From the NCBI GenBank assembly GCA_913009415.1, contig CAJVYM010000001.1, forward strand, positions 1-63,878: 63,878 nucleotides of DNA. Direction: 5' to 3'. Below the pieces are notes generated by a model. It was not told the origin of the DNA. It did no database searches and saw only the letters and a list, made by a program, of their open reading frames with translations. A program made the position numbers and the translations under genes. The stretch's first letter is position 1. Each line of letters opens with the position of its first letter. The DNA is from an uncultured bacterium. Its GTDB lineage: Bacteria; Bipolaricaulota; Bipolaricaulia; UBA7950; UBA9294. Positions 37,683-47,231 of the stretch are shown here, piece by piece.

Positions 37683-37955
37683 ATGGCACATAAGACGAGC
37701 ACTGGCTCGACGAACAACCTACACGATAGTCCAGGCCAGCGCCGGGGAGTTAAGCGCTTTGGTGGAGAATGGGTGAACCCAGGAACGATCATCGTCCGGC
37801 AGTGCGGGACGAAGTTTGCGGTGGGGAAGAACGTCGGTTTGGGACGTGATTACACCATTTATGCCACCGTTCCCGGGTACGTGCAGTTCACCGGAAAGAA
37901 GAAGAAATACGTGAACGTCCTTCCTGCCCAGCAGGGTGCTGCCCAGGAGGGTTAG
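37683..37955 (+). CDS. rpmA: 50S ribosomal protein L27
   Basis: [12 protein letters not shown]...GVKRFGGE. There is no N-terminal propeptide. Confidence 0.95.
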   Translation: MAHKTSTGSTNNLHDSPGQRRGVKRFGGEWVNPGTIIVRQCGTKFAVGKNVGLGRDYTIYATVPGYVQFTGKKKKYVNVLPAQQGAAQEG

Positions 37956-37999
37956 TCCTCTCGTGTTCACCTCTCTTGTGAGTCTCAGAGCGTCTATTC

Positions 38000-39274
38000 A
38001 TGTTTATTGATGAGGCAGTAGTCCGTGTCCAGGGAGGGCGCGGCGGCAACGGCGTTATTCGATTCATATCCAACAAGCACAACTGGAAGGGAGGCCCGGA
38101 CGGTGGAAGCGGCGGAGACGGCGGGGATGTGGTCATTCGCAGCTCGCTGAGCATTTCTACGCTCTACCAGTTCCGCAACCGACCGAAGTTCGTCGGAGGG
38201 CAGGGCGGAGATGGCGGGAGCAACAACAAGCAGGGTGCTCGCGGAAAGATCGCGGTGATCCTCGTCCCGATTGGTGCGATCGTGCGCAACGCGCGTACCG
38301 GAGACGTAATAGCCGACCTAGTGAACCCGGACGAAGAGGTCGTTGTCGCCCAAGGTGGTGAAGGCGGACGCGGAAACAACAGTTTCGTCACCTCGTCCAG
38401 GCAGGCCCCCCGCATCTGTGAGCGAGGCTTGGCGGGAGAGATACGCACGCTGCGCATGGAGTTGCGGCTCATCGCTGATGTTGGGATCATCGGATACCCG
38501 AACGTCGGGAAGTCAAGCTTGATCTCCCGTATTTCCGGGGTTCAGGCGAAAGTTGCCGACTATCCGTTTACGACAATCACCCCCAATCTCGGTGTCGTCG
38601 ACGTCGACGGCCTGCACCAGTTTGTCGCCGTGGACATCCCTGGATTGATCGAGGGCGCACACGAGGGCAAGGGATTGGGAGACAGGTTCCTGCGGCATGT
38701 CAAGCGCACGCGTGTGTTGATTCACATGATCGATCTGGCTAAGCTGGAGGGGCGAGATCCGCTTAAGGATTATCGTCGCATTAACGAAGAGCTGCGCTCG
38801 TCAAGCGAGGAATTGGCAAGCAAGCCACAGATTGTCGTGGGAAACAAGGTTGATCTGTTGGATGATGATACGGTTCAGCAGGAGAAGAAAAGGTTCACTG
38901 CGATTGGGATAGATATTATTCCAATCTCTGTAGCTACAGGATCTGGATTGCGCGGCGTGGTAAACCTGGCATACAACAGGTTACAGTCAATCGGCGCCGC
39001 TGTCCTCGATAGAAAGAGTGCACTGAAACGCCGCGTCTATCGCTTCCACGACGAGGAAGGGTTTCGCGTTGAGCAGGAAGGTGAGGCGTTCGTCGTTAGG
39101 GGACAGACCGTGGAGCGTCTGGTGGCAAAGCTTGTCCTTGACAGCCATGACGCGCAGGAGTACCTGAGTGATCGACTGGATAGGATGGGAGTGTTTCAGG
39201 AACTGGGGCGGCACGGATTCGCGCCGGGAGACCCGCTGCGCATTGGAGAGGTGGAACTTGAACTTGATCGGTAG
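38000..39274 (+). CDS. obg: GTPase Obg
   Basis: MFIDEAVVRVQGGRGGNG, GYPNVGKSSLI and a C-terminal OCT-like domain. Confidence 0.95.
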   Translation: MFIDEAVVRVQGGRGGNGVIRFISNKHNWKGGPDGGSGGDGGDVVIRSSLSISTLYQFRNRPKFVGGQGGDGGSNNKQGARGKIAVILVPIGAIVRNARTGDVIADLVNPDEEVVVAQGGEGGRGNNSFVTSSRQAPRICERGLAGEIRTLRMELRLIADVGIIGYPNVGKSSLISRISGVQAKVADYPFTTITPNLGVVDVDGLHQFVAVDIPGLIEGAHEGKGLGDRFLRHVKRTRVLIHMIDLAKLEGRDPLKDYRRINEELRSSSEELASKPQIVVGNKVDLLDDDTVQQEKKRFTAIGIDIIPISVATGSGLRGVVNLAYNRLQSIGAAVLDRKSALKRRVYRFHDEEGFRVEQEGEAFVVRGQTVERLVAKLVLDSHDAQEYLSDRLDRMGVFQELGRHGFAPGDPLRIGEVELELDR

Positions 39275-39875
39275 GATCGGCCTGTTTGGGGGGACGTTCA
39301 ACCCGCTACATAGCGCGCACCTGCTCGTGGCAAAGTCTGCCTACGAGCAGTTTGGGCTATCGAAAGTGGTCTTCATCCCCAGCGGGATTCCACCGCACAA
39401 GGAGATCATGACCAACGTGACCAAGGAGGACCGCTATGCGATGGTGAAGAGGGCGATCGCTCCGTTTCCTTACTTCTCCGTATCGCGGATCGAGATCGAT
39501 CGAGATGGCCTGTCCTACACGATCGATACAATTCGGGCGCTGCAGGGCGCTTATCCGCAGGGGCTGTGTTTCATCGTTGGAGCCGATCTTCTGTCGCAGA
39601 TTGAAACGTGGAAGGAGCCCGACAAGCTTCTTGAGAGCGTCCCTTTTGTTATCGCACCACGGAACGGGATCTCCAAGGACATTTTTGCGGCTCCGCCGTT
39701 TGATAAGGCGAGGCTTTCCTTTCTAGAGATGGACGAGGTCGATCTCTCCTCAACGTGGGTACGCGATCAGATCAGAAGAGGAGAGGGAATTCCAGATTGT
39801 GTGCCGGAGCCCGTGGCGAGCTATATCGAAGAGCACGGCTTGTATCAACACCGAGAACCGGTGCCAGCGAAGTAA
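39258..39875 (+). CDS. nadD: Nicotinate-nucleotide adenylyltransferase
   Basis: IGLFGGTFNPLHSAHL. A TTG start is proposed 7 nt after GGAGAGG; the upstream part of the listed ORF overlaps obg. Confidence 0.85.
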   Translation: MNLIGRIGLFGGTFNPLHSAHLLVAKSAYEQFGLSKVVFIPSGIPPHKEIMTNVTKEDRYAMVKRAIAPFPYFSVSRIEIDRDGLSYTIDTIRALQGAYPQGLCFIVGADLLSQIETWKEPDKLLESVPFVIAPRNGISKDIFAAPPFDKARLSFLEMDEVDLSSTWVRDQIRRGEGIPDCVPEPVASYIEEHGLYQHREPVPAK

Positions 39876-39887
39876 TAGGAGGTAGGT

Positions 39888-40400
39888 ATCAAAAGAAGTT
39901 TACGCATTAACGAGCGGATTCGTGAGCCGAAAGTGTTAGTGATTGATGACAAGGGTGATAACCTGGGAATAATGGCTACATCCGACGCAGTGGCGCTTGC
40001 AAAGGAGCGTGGACTCGATCTGGTAGAAGTTGCATCGCAGTCTGAGCCGCGAGTGTGTAAAATCGTCGACTACGGGAAGTATCACTACCAGCAGGCGAAG
40101 CGCGACCGCAAGCAGAAGCATCGTTCACGTCTGAAGGAAATGAAGTTCACGATCAAGATCGGTGAGCATGACTTTCAGACCAAGATGAAGCGTGTACGCA
40201 AGTTTCTGACGCAAGGGGACATGGTACGCGTGTCGATCTTCTTCCGTGGGCGGGAGATCGTGCATGCCTCGCGCGGACACGATCTCTTAAAGCGAGTGGC
40301 AGACGAGCTGAGCGATATCGCCCGTGTTGACGAACAGCCGAAGGCGAGAGGAAAGATACTGCAAATGCTACTGGTTCCAAACCAGAACCAGAAAACCTGA
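39888..40400 (+). CDS. infC: Translation initiation factor IF-3, with a probable AUC start
   Basis: The conserved N-terminus IKRSLRINERIREPKVLVIDD begins at ATC 39888, 5 nt after AGGAGG. An in-frame TAG lies at 39876. Confidence 0.8.
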   Translation: MKRSLRINERIREPKVLVIDDKGDNLGIMATSDAVALAKERGLDLVEVASQSEPRVCKIVDYGKYHYQQAKRDRKQKHRSRLKEMKFTIKIGEHDFQTKMKRVRKFLTQGDMVRVSIFFRGREIVHASRGHDLLKRVADELSDIARVDEQPKARGKILQMLLVPNQNQKT

Positions 40401-40413
40401 TAAGGAGGAGAAG

Positions 40414-40608
40414 ATGCCTAAGCAAAAGACACATCGAGCGGCGAGCAAGCGCTTCCGACGCTCGAAGAGTGGGAAGCTCTTCCATCACATGTCTAACTAT
40501 TTTCACAAGAATGTGAAGAAGCGTTCTAAGTCGGTTCGCCAGGCCCGCCAGGATCAAGCGATCTCCGGTGGACAAGCAAAGAATATCAAACGAATGATTG
40601 GTAGTTAA
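40414..40608 (+). CDS. rpmI: 50S ribosomal protein L35
   Basis: MPKQKTHRAASKRF... Confidence 0.9.
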   Translation: MPKQKTHRAASKRFRRSKSGKLFHHMSNYFHKNVKKRSKSVRQARQDQAISGGQAKNIKRMIGS

Positions 40609-40623
40609 TTCAGGAGGAAGAAG

Positions 40624-40986
40624 ATGCCACGAGCACGTGGGGGAAACAAGAGACTACAGAGCCGCAAGAAGATCATGCGGCTGGCCAAGGGGTTTAAAGG
40701 TAAACGTGGGACATCGCACCGCATCGCAAAGCAAGCGGTGATGAAGGCGCTGCGCAACAGCTATATCGACCGACGTCGTCGCAAGCGCGACTTCCGAAGG
40801 TTATGGATCGTGCGGATCGGCGCTGCGGCAAAGCAGAACGGTCTGTCATACTCGGCGTTCATCGGTGGAATGCAGAAGCGCGGGATCGGTCTGAATCGAA
40901 AGATGCTCTCCGAAATAGCGGTGCACGATGCTGAAACGTTCTCCGCGTTGGCGACTATGGCCAAGGAGGAAGCGGTCAAGGGGTAG
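40624..40986 (+). CDS. rplT: 50S ribosomal protein L20
   Basis: MPRARGGNKRLQSRKKIMRLAKGFKG... Confidence 0.95.
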   Translation: MPRARGGNKRLQSRKKIMRLAKGFKGKRGTSHRIAKQAVMKALRNSYIDRRRRKRDFRRLWIVRIGAAAKQNGLSYSAFIGGMQKRGIGLNRKMLSEIAVHDAETFSALATMAKEEAVKG

Positions 40987-40988
40987 GG

Positions 40989-41792
40989 ATGGATTCACAA
41001 GAGATCGCCCTTCGCCTGCGTGAGTTTTGGGAGGCCGAGGGGTGTCCGGCCATCCCCACCTATGGATCGATCCCCGCCGGCGGACTGACTTTCGATGTCT
41101 TTTTCGGAATTCTTGCCCCTGATCCGTGGTGTGCCTGCCAGGTGGTGAGTATCGTAGATCCATCCGTGGCGCTCTACGACGATGATCCACTTCGGCCGAT
41201 CATCGATTCTTGCCTGCAGGTGACGCGGCAAGATCCATCGGGCGACCTGCGGAAGAGGTTCATCGAGAGCCTGCGGGTGCTTGAGATAGATCCGCGGGAC
41301 AGGGATGTGCGCTTTGTCGCCCACGGCTATGATCTCTCCCATCTGGCAGCACGGGCTGCGGGCTGGCGTGTGTTGATCGACGGGATTGAGGTTGGTAGCC
41401 TGTTCTATGTGCGGCAGTTGGGGGGGATCGATCTTAAATTCGCTCCGATTGTCGTTGAGTATTTTCTTAGGCGCATGGAGTTTGCTGTGGGTATTGAAGG
41501 TGAAAAAATGCCGACAGAACGTGGGCGGCAGATTGCATCTTACGTTCTGGAGCACGCTAATCCCGAACGGATTGGCTCGTTTCTGTCCCTGCACGCTGAT
41601 GAATGTGAACAAGCACTCGGAGGTGGCCTCTACTATCAGGCGTACGATCATGTTCTCGCCTCTGTGTACCTATTGTCGGTCCTTACTGCGCGGGATGGGC
41701 TAAGCGCGAAGGAATACGCCACCCGTACCGCGCGCATAGCCGACCTTGCCCGAGGCTGCGCGAGGGCCTACGTGGAGGCGACTGATGCCTGA
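40989..41792 (+). CDS. GlyQ-like protein (glycine--tRNA ligase alpha-subunit homologue with divergent catalytic motifs)
   Basis: It appears collinear with GlyQ (EFWEAEGC, APDPW, DVRFV, GWRV, QLGG). The motifs I recall as invariant (QPSRRPTDGRYGENPNR, GWEVW, TQFTYFQQ, YGLER) are replaced. Confidence 0.65.
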   Translation: MDSQEIALRLREFWEAEGCPAIPTYGSIPAGGLTFDVFFGILAPDPWCACQVVSIVDPSVALYDDDPLRPIIDSCLQVTRQDPSGDLRKRFIESLRVLEIDPRDRDVRFVAHGYDLSHLAARAAGWRVLIDGIEVGSLFYVRQLGGIDLKFAPIVVEYFLRRMEFAVGIEGEKMPTERGRQIASYVLEHANPERIGSFLSLHADECEQALGGGLYYQAYDHVLASVYLLSVLTARDGLSAKEYATRTARIADLARGCARAYVEATDA

Positions 41793-43689
41793 TCTCCTGC
41801 TTGAAGTCGGGACTGGCGAGATGCCGATCGATGTGCTCTCAGCGCTTGCTTCGGACCTTTCTCGGCGCGCAGGTGAAGCTATTTCGGAGAATGGGCTGCT
41901 GGGAGACGGGATCCGCGTCCTGTACACGCTTCGCCGACTGGTGTTCATCATGCGAAATGTTACTGGCCAACGTTTGGGAGGCGAAGAGGTGATCAACACC
42001 ATTTCTCGCGTCCTAGGGGGAATTATGGCGGCACTGACAAGTGAAAGAGCGATACGCAGGGATGCCTCGCCCGCTGACTTCATCCTGCCGATCCGCTACC
42101 TCGTCTGCCTGTATGGTGAACAAGTCATACCTGTTCGCGCCCGAAACGTGACTGCAGATCGCGTGACGCGCGGCCACTGGCGCACCCATCGGGAAGAGAG
42201 CATTGCGCTGCCCTCACCGGCCGGTTACGAACAGGCGCTTGCTGGGGGTGGGGTTGTCGTTGACCCGGAGAGGCGCAAGCAGATGGTGAGCAATGCTGTC
42301 ACCGCCGCTGCGCATGAGGAGAACGTATCCGCGCAGATCGACGATGATCTACTGGTGAAGATCGCTGATGCCGTTGAGTACCCACAACCGGTGATCGGCA
42401 GAGTGAATCTTCCCTCCGATCTCCGGGTAACGTTTGCGAACGCTGCTCTACGCGAGGCGGGCTTCGTTCCTCTCGATGCAGGGCAGGGAAGTGACATTCG
42501 ATTTGTCGGATTTGCCGATGGGGCGATGGAGCAGGACGTTGTGCGTGTGGGCTACGAGCGCGTGGCGCGAAGTGCACTGCGCGGTTGCAAGCTCCTCTTC
42601 TCGCGTGATCGTAAGGCGTCATTAGCAGACCATGTACGCAGTCTGCGTGGGATCGACGGCGAACTGGGCTTGGGATCGCTGTGGGAGAAGACCGAGCGAT
42701 TGCGCACGCTTGCGGGGCAGATCGCACAGGCGATCGATGCCTCGCCAGGAACGGTCGATCGCGCAGCGTTTCTTTCTCAAGCGGACCGGGCAACGTGGAT
42801 CGTGCGTGCGTTCCCATCATTGCATGGGATCGCTGGAGCGACCTACGCCGTGCTCGATGGTGAAGAATCGAGCGTCTGTATCGCCCTCGAAGAGGGAGCA
42901 CTTTCAATCTCAAACGGGATCCCGGGGGCATCGGAAGGGCTTGCTATCGCCATTGCGCGAAGCTACGACGATCTCTGTAGCCGCCTCTTGACGGGAAGCG
43001 ATATGCACGATCCACAGGTGATAGGCGTGGTGGACGATCTGATTGCTCTGATGGTCGGAGGGAAAGTCGATCTTGACCTTCTGTCATTGCTCGCTCCGGT
43101 GAGTGAGCAGTTCAACATTTTCGCGCCCGTGATGAAGACGGAAGAACTGGGAAAGAGGCTTCGTACCTGTCTCGAAGAGCGTCTTGTTGAATACATTGAG
43201 ACGAGTGAAAAGATCACATCGCCAATCGCCTCCGCGATCCCACAGGAAGTGAGAGCAAACCCCTACCGTAGCAGCGCTTGCGCACGGGCATTGCACGAGG
43301 CAAGTGGCGGAGAGGATTTTTCCTTACTGCTCGGCTCGTTTGAGAGGCTGCGGGCGCTCTTGCCCGCAGGAAGCACACGCGCCTTCGACCCCGCCCTCTT
43401 TGAAGGCGAGAGTGAGAGGGCCTTATGGCGCGCATACCTGAAGGCGGAGGGGAAGCTCGAAGCCTTCCTTACGAAACTTGACTACGCACAGGCGATAGAT
43501 CAGCTCATCACATTGGGCAGTGCGATCGATCGCTACACGAAAGATATAGATACACATGCAGGACCTAAAAGCATGGGGAACAACCGCCTGGGGCTTATCG
43601 CCAGCGTTTTGGACCAGTTCGCGCACGTCTGCGATCTTGCGGCGCTGCTGGCAGCACACGGATATGCCCTGAGCGACGAGAAAAGATGA
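41785..43689 (+). CDS. GlyS-like protein (glycine--tRNA ligase beta-subunit homologue, divergent)
   Basis: MPDLLLEVGTGEMP...RRLVF...VIPVRARNVTADRVTRGH parallels GlyS. The start overlaps the end of the GlyQ-like gene by 8 nt. Confidence 0.65.
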   Translation: MPDLLLEVGTGEMPIDVLSALASDLSRRAGEAISENGLLGDGIRVLYTLRRLVFIMRNVTGQRLGGEEVINTISRVLGGIMAALTSERAIRRDASPADFILPIRYLVCLYGEQVIPVRARNVTADRVTRGHWRTHREESIALPSPAGYEQALAGGGVVVDPERRKQMVSNAVTAAAHEENVSAQIDDDLLVKIADAVEYPQPVIGRVNLPSDLRVTFANAALREAGFVPLDAGQGSDIRFVGFADGAMEQDVVRVGYERVARSALRGCKLLFSRDRKASLADHVRSLRGIDGELGLGSLWEKTERLRTLAGQIAQAIDASPGTVDRAAFLSQADRATWIVRAFPSLHGIAGATYAVLDGEESSVCIALEEGALSISNGIPGASEGLAIAIARSYDDLCSRLLTGSDMHDPQVIGVVDDLIALMVGGKVDLDLLSLLAPVSEQFNIFAPVMKTEELGKRLRTCLEERLVEYIETSEKITSPIASAIPQEVRANPYRSSACARALHEASGGEDFSLLLGSFERLRALLPAGSTRAFDPALFEGESERALWRAYLKAEGKLEAFLTKLDYAQAIDQLITLGSAIDRYTKDIDTHAGPKSMGNNRLGLIASVLDQFAHVCDLAALLAAHGYALSDEKR

Positions 43690-44069
43690 AATATAGGCTT
43701 ACAAGCGCGCGCATCGAAGTCTGTGGAATCGAAGTCATAGGTTTCCACGGTTACTACGATGCAGAACGGACGAAAGGGAATCGCTTCTCGATCGATCTGC
43801 GGGCGGAGGGGGATTTTCATTCCTCTCTTACAAGCGATCGATTGGAGGAATCCATCGACTATTCACAGATGGTGCAAGTCGTTTTCGATGTCAATCGGGC
43901 AAAAGACAATCTTCTCATCGAGTCCTTCGCCGATCGGATCGCAAACGCCATGCTTGAGAGGTTCCCGCGCATGCAAAAGATTGCTGTACGGGTGGAGAAA
44001 CTTCACCCGTACGGCCTGGGAACAGTGAGATGTGCAGCGATAGAGCTGGAGAAAGAGAGGGAGAACTAG
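43686..44069 (+). CDS. folB: Dihydroneopterin aldolase
   Basis: IEVIGFHGYYDAERTKGNRFSIDL...DYSQ. Confidence 0.85.
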   Translation: MKYRLTSARIEVCGIEVIGFHGYYDAERTKGNRFSIDLRAEGDFHSSLTSDRLEESIDYSQMVQVVFDVNRAKDNLLIESFADRIANAMLERFPRMQKIAVRVEKLHPYGLGTVRCAAIELEKEREN

Positions 44070-44563
44070 ACGACCTCGTCTATCTGGGACTGGGGTCTAA
44101 CATGGGTGAGAGGCGCGAGCAGATAGATGATGCTCTCGGGTTTCTCGTTAAGAGCGGCGTGCGCGTTGTGCGGCGCTCCCCTTTCTATGAGACGGAGCCG
44201 GTCGGGTACTCCGATCAGCCGTGGTACCTAAACGCGGTTGTTGCAATGAGGACCGATCTTTCTCCCACGGAGCTCCTCTCTCTGTGCAAGGAGGCCGAGC
44301 GTCGAGGAAATAGAGTACACTCTTTCCGCTTCGGCCCACGCACGATCGATGTTGACATCTTGCTCTACAAGGGGCAGATCCACCGTGACAACACCCTTCA
44401 GATTCCCCACCCCCGCATGCACGAGCGCCGATTCGTCCTTGTACCGCTTGTCGAGATTGCCCCCGGGATTACAGTCCCGGGAGAACAGACGCAATACGCC
44501 GACATACTGGCGGGGCTCGATGAGAAAAAGAAGGTGGCAAAATCAAAGGAACACGCATTCTGA
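44030..44563 (+). CDS. folK: 2-amino-4-hydroxy-6-hydroxymethyldihydropteridine diphosphokinase
   Basis: VYLGLGSNMGER, FYETEPVG, GPRTIDVDILLY and PHPRMHERRFVLVPL. The start is uncertain. Confidence 0.85.
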   Translation: MCSDRAGEREGELDDLVYLGLGSNMGERREQIDDALGFLVKSGVRVVRRSPFYETEPVGYSDQPWYLNAVVAMRTDLSPTELLSLCKEAERRGNRVHSFRFGPRTIDVDILLYKGQIHRDNTLQIPHPRMHERRFVLVPLVEIAPGITVPGEQTQYADILAGLDEKKKVAKSKEHAF

Positions 44564-45786
44564 TAACGGTCGATACGACCGAGAAACACGTCAAACGAAC
44601 GCGCGTAGCGATCGTCGAAGACGACAAGTTGATGGAGATCTACTACGCGCATCCGACGCAAGAGAACATTGTCGGCAACATCTACAAAGGGAAGGTGGAG
44701 GACGTCCTCCCCGGGCTTGGCTCGGCGTTCGTCAACGTGGGGGAGAAGAAGAGCCTCTTCTTGTCGAAGGGCGAGATCAACGACCAGATCATGATCGAAA
44801 AGGGGTTCAAGCCGTGGCATGGCGCTGCTCCGATCAACAAGCTCCTGCGTGCTGGCCAGACGCTCACCTTGCAGGTGAGGCGCGGGGGAATCGGGTCAAA
44901 GAACCCGCAGGGAACGACTAAGATCAGTCTCCCGGGGCGGTTCTGGGTCTTCCTTCCCACCGAGGATCGGTTGGGAGTCTCCCGCCGTGTGGATAGCGTG
45001 CGCACGCAGCGCCGTCTGCGCCGCATCGCGCGCGAGCTGAAGAAAGAGGGGCAGGGGATGATCGCGCGCACGGCGGCGCAAGCGGCGAGCAAGGAGGAAC
45101 TGACCCGCGACTACGAGCTCCTCGCGCAGACCTGGGAGAGCATCGAGTCTGCAGCGAAGACTTCGTCAGCACCGCAGCTCCTGTACAAGGGAATGGGCCT
45201 CGTTCAGACGATCCTCCGCGACCGTCTCCTTTCCGACGTGGCTGAGGTGATCGTCGATTCCGAGTTCTTCTACGAGAAGATACAGTATTTCCTAGAATAC
45301 ATGCACATGGAGAATTACAAAGAGCAGATTACCCTCTACACGGGTAAGGATCATCTCTTCGATCACTATCATCTGGAGGAGCAGATCCAAGAGACGCAGT
45401 CGCGGCGTGTCGGGCTTGCCGGCGGTGGGTCGATCGTGATCGACGAGACAGAGGCATTGATCGCCATTGACGTGAACACCGGCGGGGATGTGCAGCACCG
45501 CAATCAGCGCTCGGCGATCCTCAACACGAACCTGGAGGCGGCGTACGAGATCGCGCGGCAGCTACGGCTGCGGCAGATGAGCGGGATCGTTGTGGTCGAC
45601 TTCGTGGACATGGACGACGCCAAGGACGAGCAGACGCTAATTGATAAGGTGAAAGAGGAGCTGAAGAAAGACAGGATTTCGGCGGATTTCGTTGACCTGA
45701 CAGGACTGGGCCTGGTGGAGATAACGCGAAAACGTGCCGGGGAGAGCCTCGCTGACATGCTGGAGAGCGCGCAGTTTGAGGCTTGA
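44557..45786 (+). CDS. rng: Ribonuclease G/E family endoribonuclease
   Basis: S1 region GNIYKGKVEDVLPGLGSAFVNVG, and AIDVNTG. The conserved N-terminus (ITVDTTEKHVKRTRVAIVED) lies upstream of the first ATG/TTG, so a non-canonical start (ATT/CTG/ATA at 44557-44565) is inferred. Confidence 0.75.
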   Translation: MLITVDTTEKHVKRTRVAIVEDDKLMEIYYAHPTQENIVGNIYKGKVEDVLPGLGSAFVNVGEKKSLFLSKGEINDQIMIEKGFKPWHGAAPINKLLRAGQTLTLQVRRGGIGSKNPQGTTKISLPGRFWVFLPTEDRLGVSRRVDSVRTQRRLRRIARELKKEGQGMIARTAAQAASKEELTRDYELLAQTWESIESAAKTSSAPQLLYKGMGLVQTILRDRLLSDVAEVIVDSEFFYEKIQYFLEYMHMENYKEQITLYTGKDHLFDHYHLEEQIQETQSRRVGLAGGGSIVIDETEALIAIDVNTGGDVQHRNQRSAILNTNLEAAYEIARQLRLRQMSGIVVVDFVDMDDAKDEQTLIDKVKEELKKDRISADFVDLTGLGLVEITRKRAGESLADMLESAQFEA

Positions 45787-45827
45787 TCGGGTGAGATGGA
45801 GACGCTAGAATAGGGAGGCTTTGAGTT

Positions 45828-45900
45828 GGGCGAATAGCTCAGTTGGGAGAGCGTTCGGGTCACATCCGAAAGGTCGCAGGTTCGAGCCCTGCTTCGCCCA
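45828..45900 (+). tRNA. tRNA-Val (anticodon CAC)
   Basis: A manual cloverleaf folds as follows. Acceptor GGGCGAA/TTCGCCC. D arm GCTC-AGTTGGGA-GAGC. Anticodon arm TTCGG-GTCACAT-CCGAA. T arm GCAGG-TTCGAGC-CCTGC. Discriminator A. CCA is not encoded. Confidence 0.9.
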
Positions 45901-45946
45901 TTTCTTTTCCTTGCAGCGGCGCACTCCACCATTTCCGATCGATACT

Positions 45947-46957
45947 ATGCGTCTTGTAGGAGGCACGGAAGTGCGGGCACTGGTGACTGGAGGAACGGGC
46001 TTCATCGGTTCTGCTATCGTGCGCGAGCTGTTGCACGCTGGTTACGACGTGCGCGTCCTTGTCCGCCACGGGTCTGACACGAGAAACCTCGACGGGCTCG
46101 ATATTGAGCGCGTCACCGGAGACATCACCGCTCCCGCATCGCTTAGGCGTGCGATGCGCGGCTGCACGCACGTCTTTCATGCCGCCGCCCTCTACTCGTT
46201 TTGGGTCACAGTGCCGGGACTCATCGAGCGAGTGAACGTAGATGGGACGAGAAACGTGCTACAGGCGGGGCTGGAAGCGGGGATAGAGCGTGTGGTCTAC
46301 ACGAGCTCGGTCGCCGCGCTCGCTGTCCCGAGCAGGGGAGAGCCGGTCGATGAATCGACACCGGTCGACCCGAGCGCGATCATCGGCGCGTACAAGAAGA
46401 GCAAATACGCTGCGCAGCAGGTGGCGCTCGAATATGCGGCAAAGGGCCTGCCCGTGGTGATCGTCAATCCGTCGTTTCCCGTGGGGCCGCGCGACATCAA
46501 GCCGACCCCGACCGGCCAGACGATCCTCGACTTCATAAACCACCGCCTCCCCGCCTACGTCGATACCGGGATCAACGTTGTCGATGTGGAAGACGTCGCG
46601 CGCGGGCATCTGCTGGCAGCGGAGAAGGGGCGTGTTGGGGAGCGCTACATCCTCGGGGGAACGAACATGCCGATGAAGGGATTCCTCGGCATTCTGGAGA
46701 AGATAACCGGTATCCCTGCGCCGCGCGTGCGACTGCCATACGCTCCGCTCCTTGCTTTGTCGTACCTTAACGCCGCCTGGTGCCGGGTGATGAAGACCAC
46801 TCCGCGAATGACGCCGGACACGATCCGCATGTCGCGCCACTACATGTACTACAATCCGACGAAAGCAATCAAGGAACTCGGCATGCCGCGGACCGCACCG
46901 GAGGTGGCGCTGAAGAAAGCCGTCGACTGGTTCATCGCGCACGGGAAAGACCGATAA
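45947..46957 (+). CDS. NAD-dependent epimerase/dehydratase family protein
   Basis: ALVTGGTGFIGSAIV...YKKSK. The start is ATG 45947, or GTG 45971 (8 nt after AGGAGG). The listed ORF start at 45821 overlaps the tRNA. Confidence 0.85.
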   Translation: MRLVGGTEVRALVTGGTGFIGSAIVRELLHAGYDVRVLVRHGSDTRNLDGLDIERVTGDITAPASLRRAMRGCTHVFHAAALYSFWVTVPGLIERVNVDGTRNVLQAGLEAGIERVVYTSSVAALAVPSRGEPVDESTPVDPSAIIGAYKKSKYAAQQVALEYAAKGLPVVIVNPSFPVGPRDIKPTPTGQTILDFINHRLPAYVDTGINVVDVEDVARGHLLAAEKGRVGERYILGGTNMPMKGFLGILEKITGIPAPRVRLPYAPLLALSYLNAAWCRVMKTTPRMTPDTIRMSRHYMYYNPTKAIKELGMPRTAPEVALKKAVDWFIAHGKDR

Positions 46958-47231
46958 AGTGAGCGATTCACCACGAAGGGGGCAAACAACGAGGAATCCA
47001 ATCAGGCCGTCGATATCACGTGCATTGCGAGAAGAACCACCATATTCATCTATCCTGTCACTTTCATTCTTTGTGGCGAGTCTTGCTAGTCTTGGCATCC
47101 TTTGCGCGCAAGAAGATCTTCGCCCCCCGCTTTCCGCGCTCTGCGTTCTTCTTATCGGCCACCGTTTGCTTGATTTATGCCGCCGATTTACCTACTGTTT
47201 TGCGCTACGTTCAAGCTGTTAGGGAGGAATC

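Noticed and set aside
45821-45946. The N-terminal part of ORF 45821-46957.
   Set aside because: It overlaps tRNA-Val (45828-45900). The epimerase Rossmann motif begins after ATG 45947 / GTG 45971.
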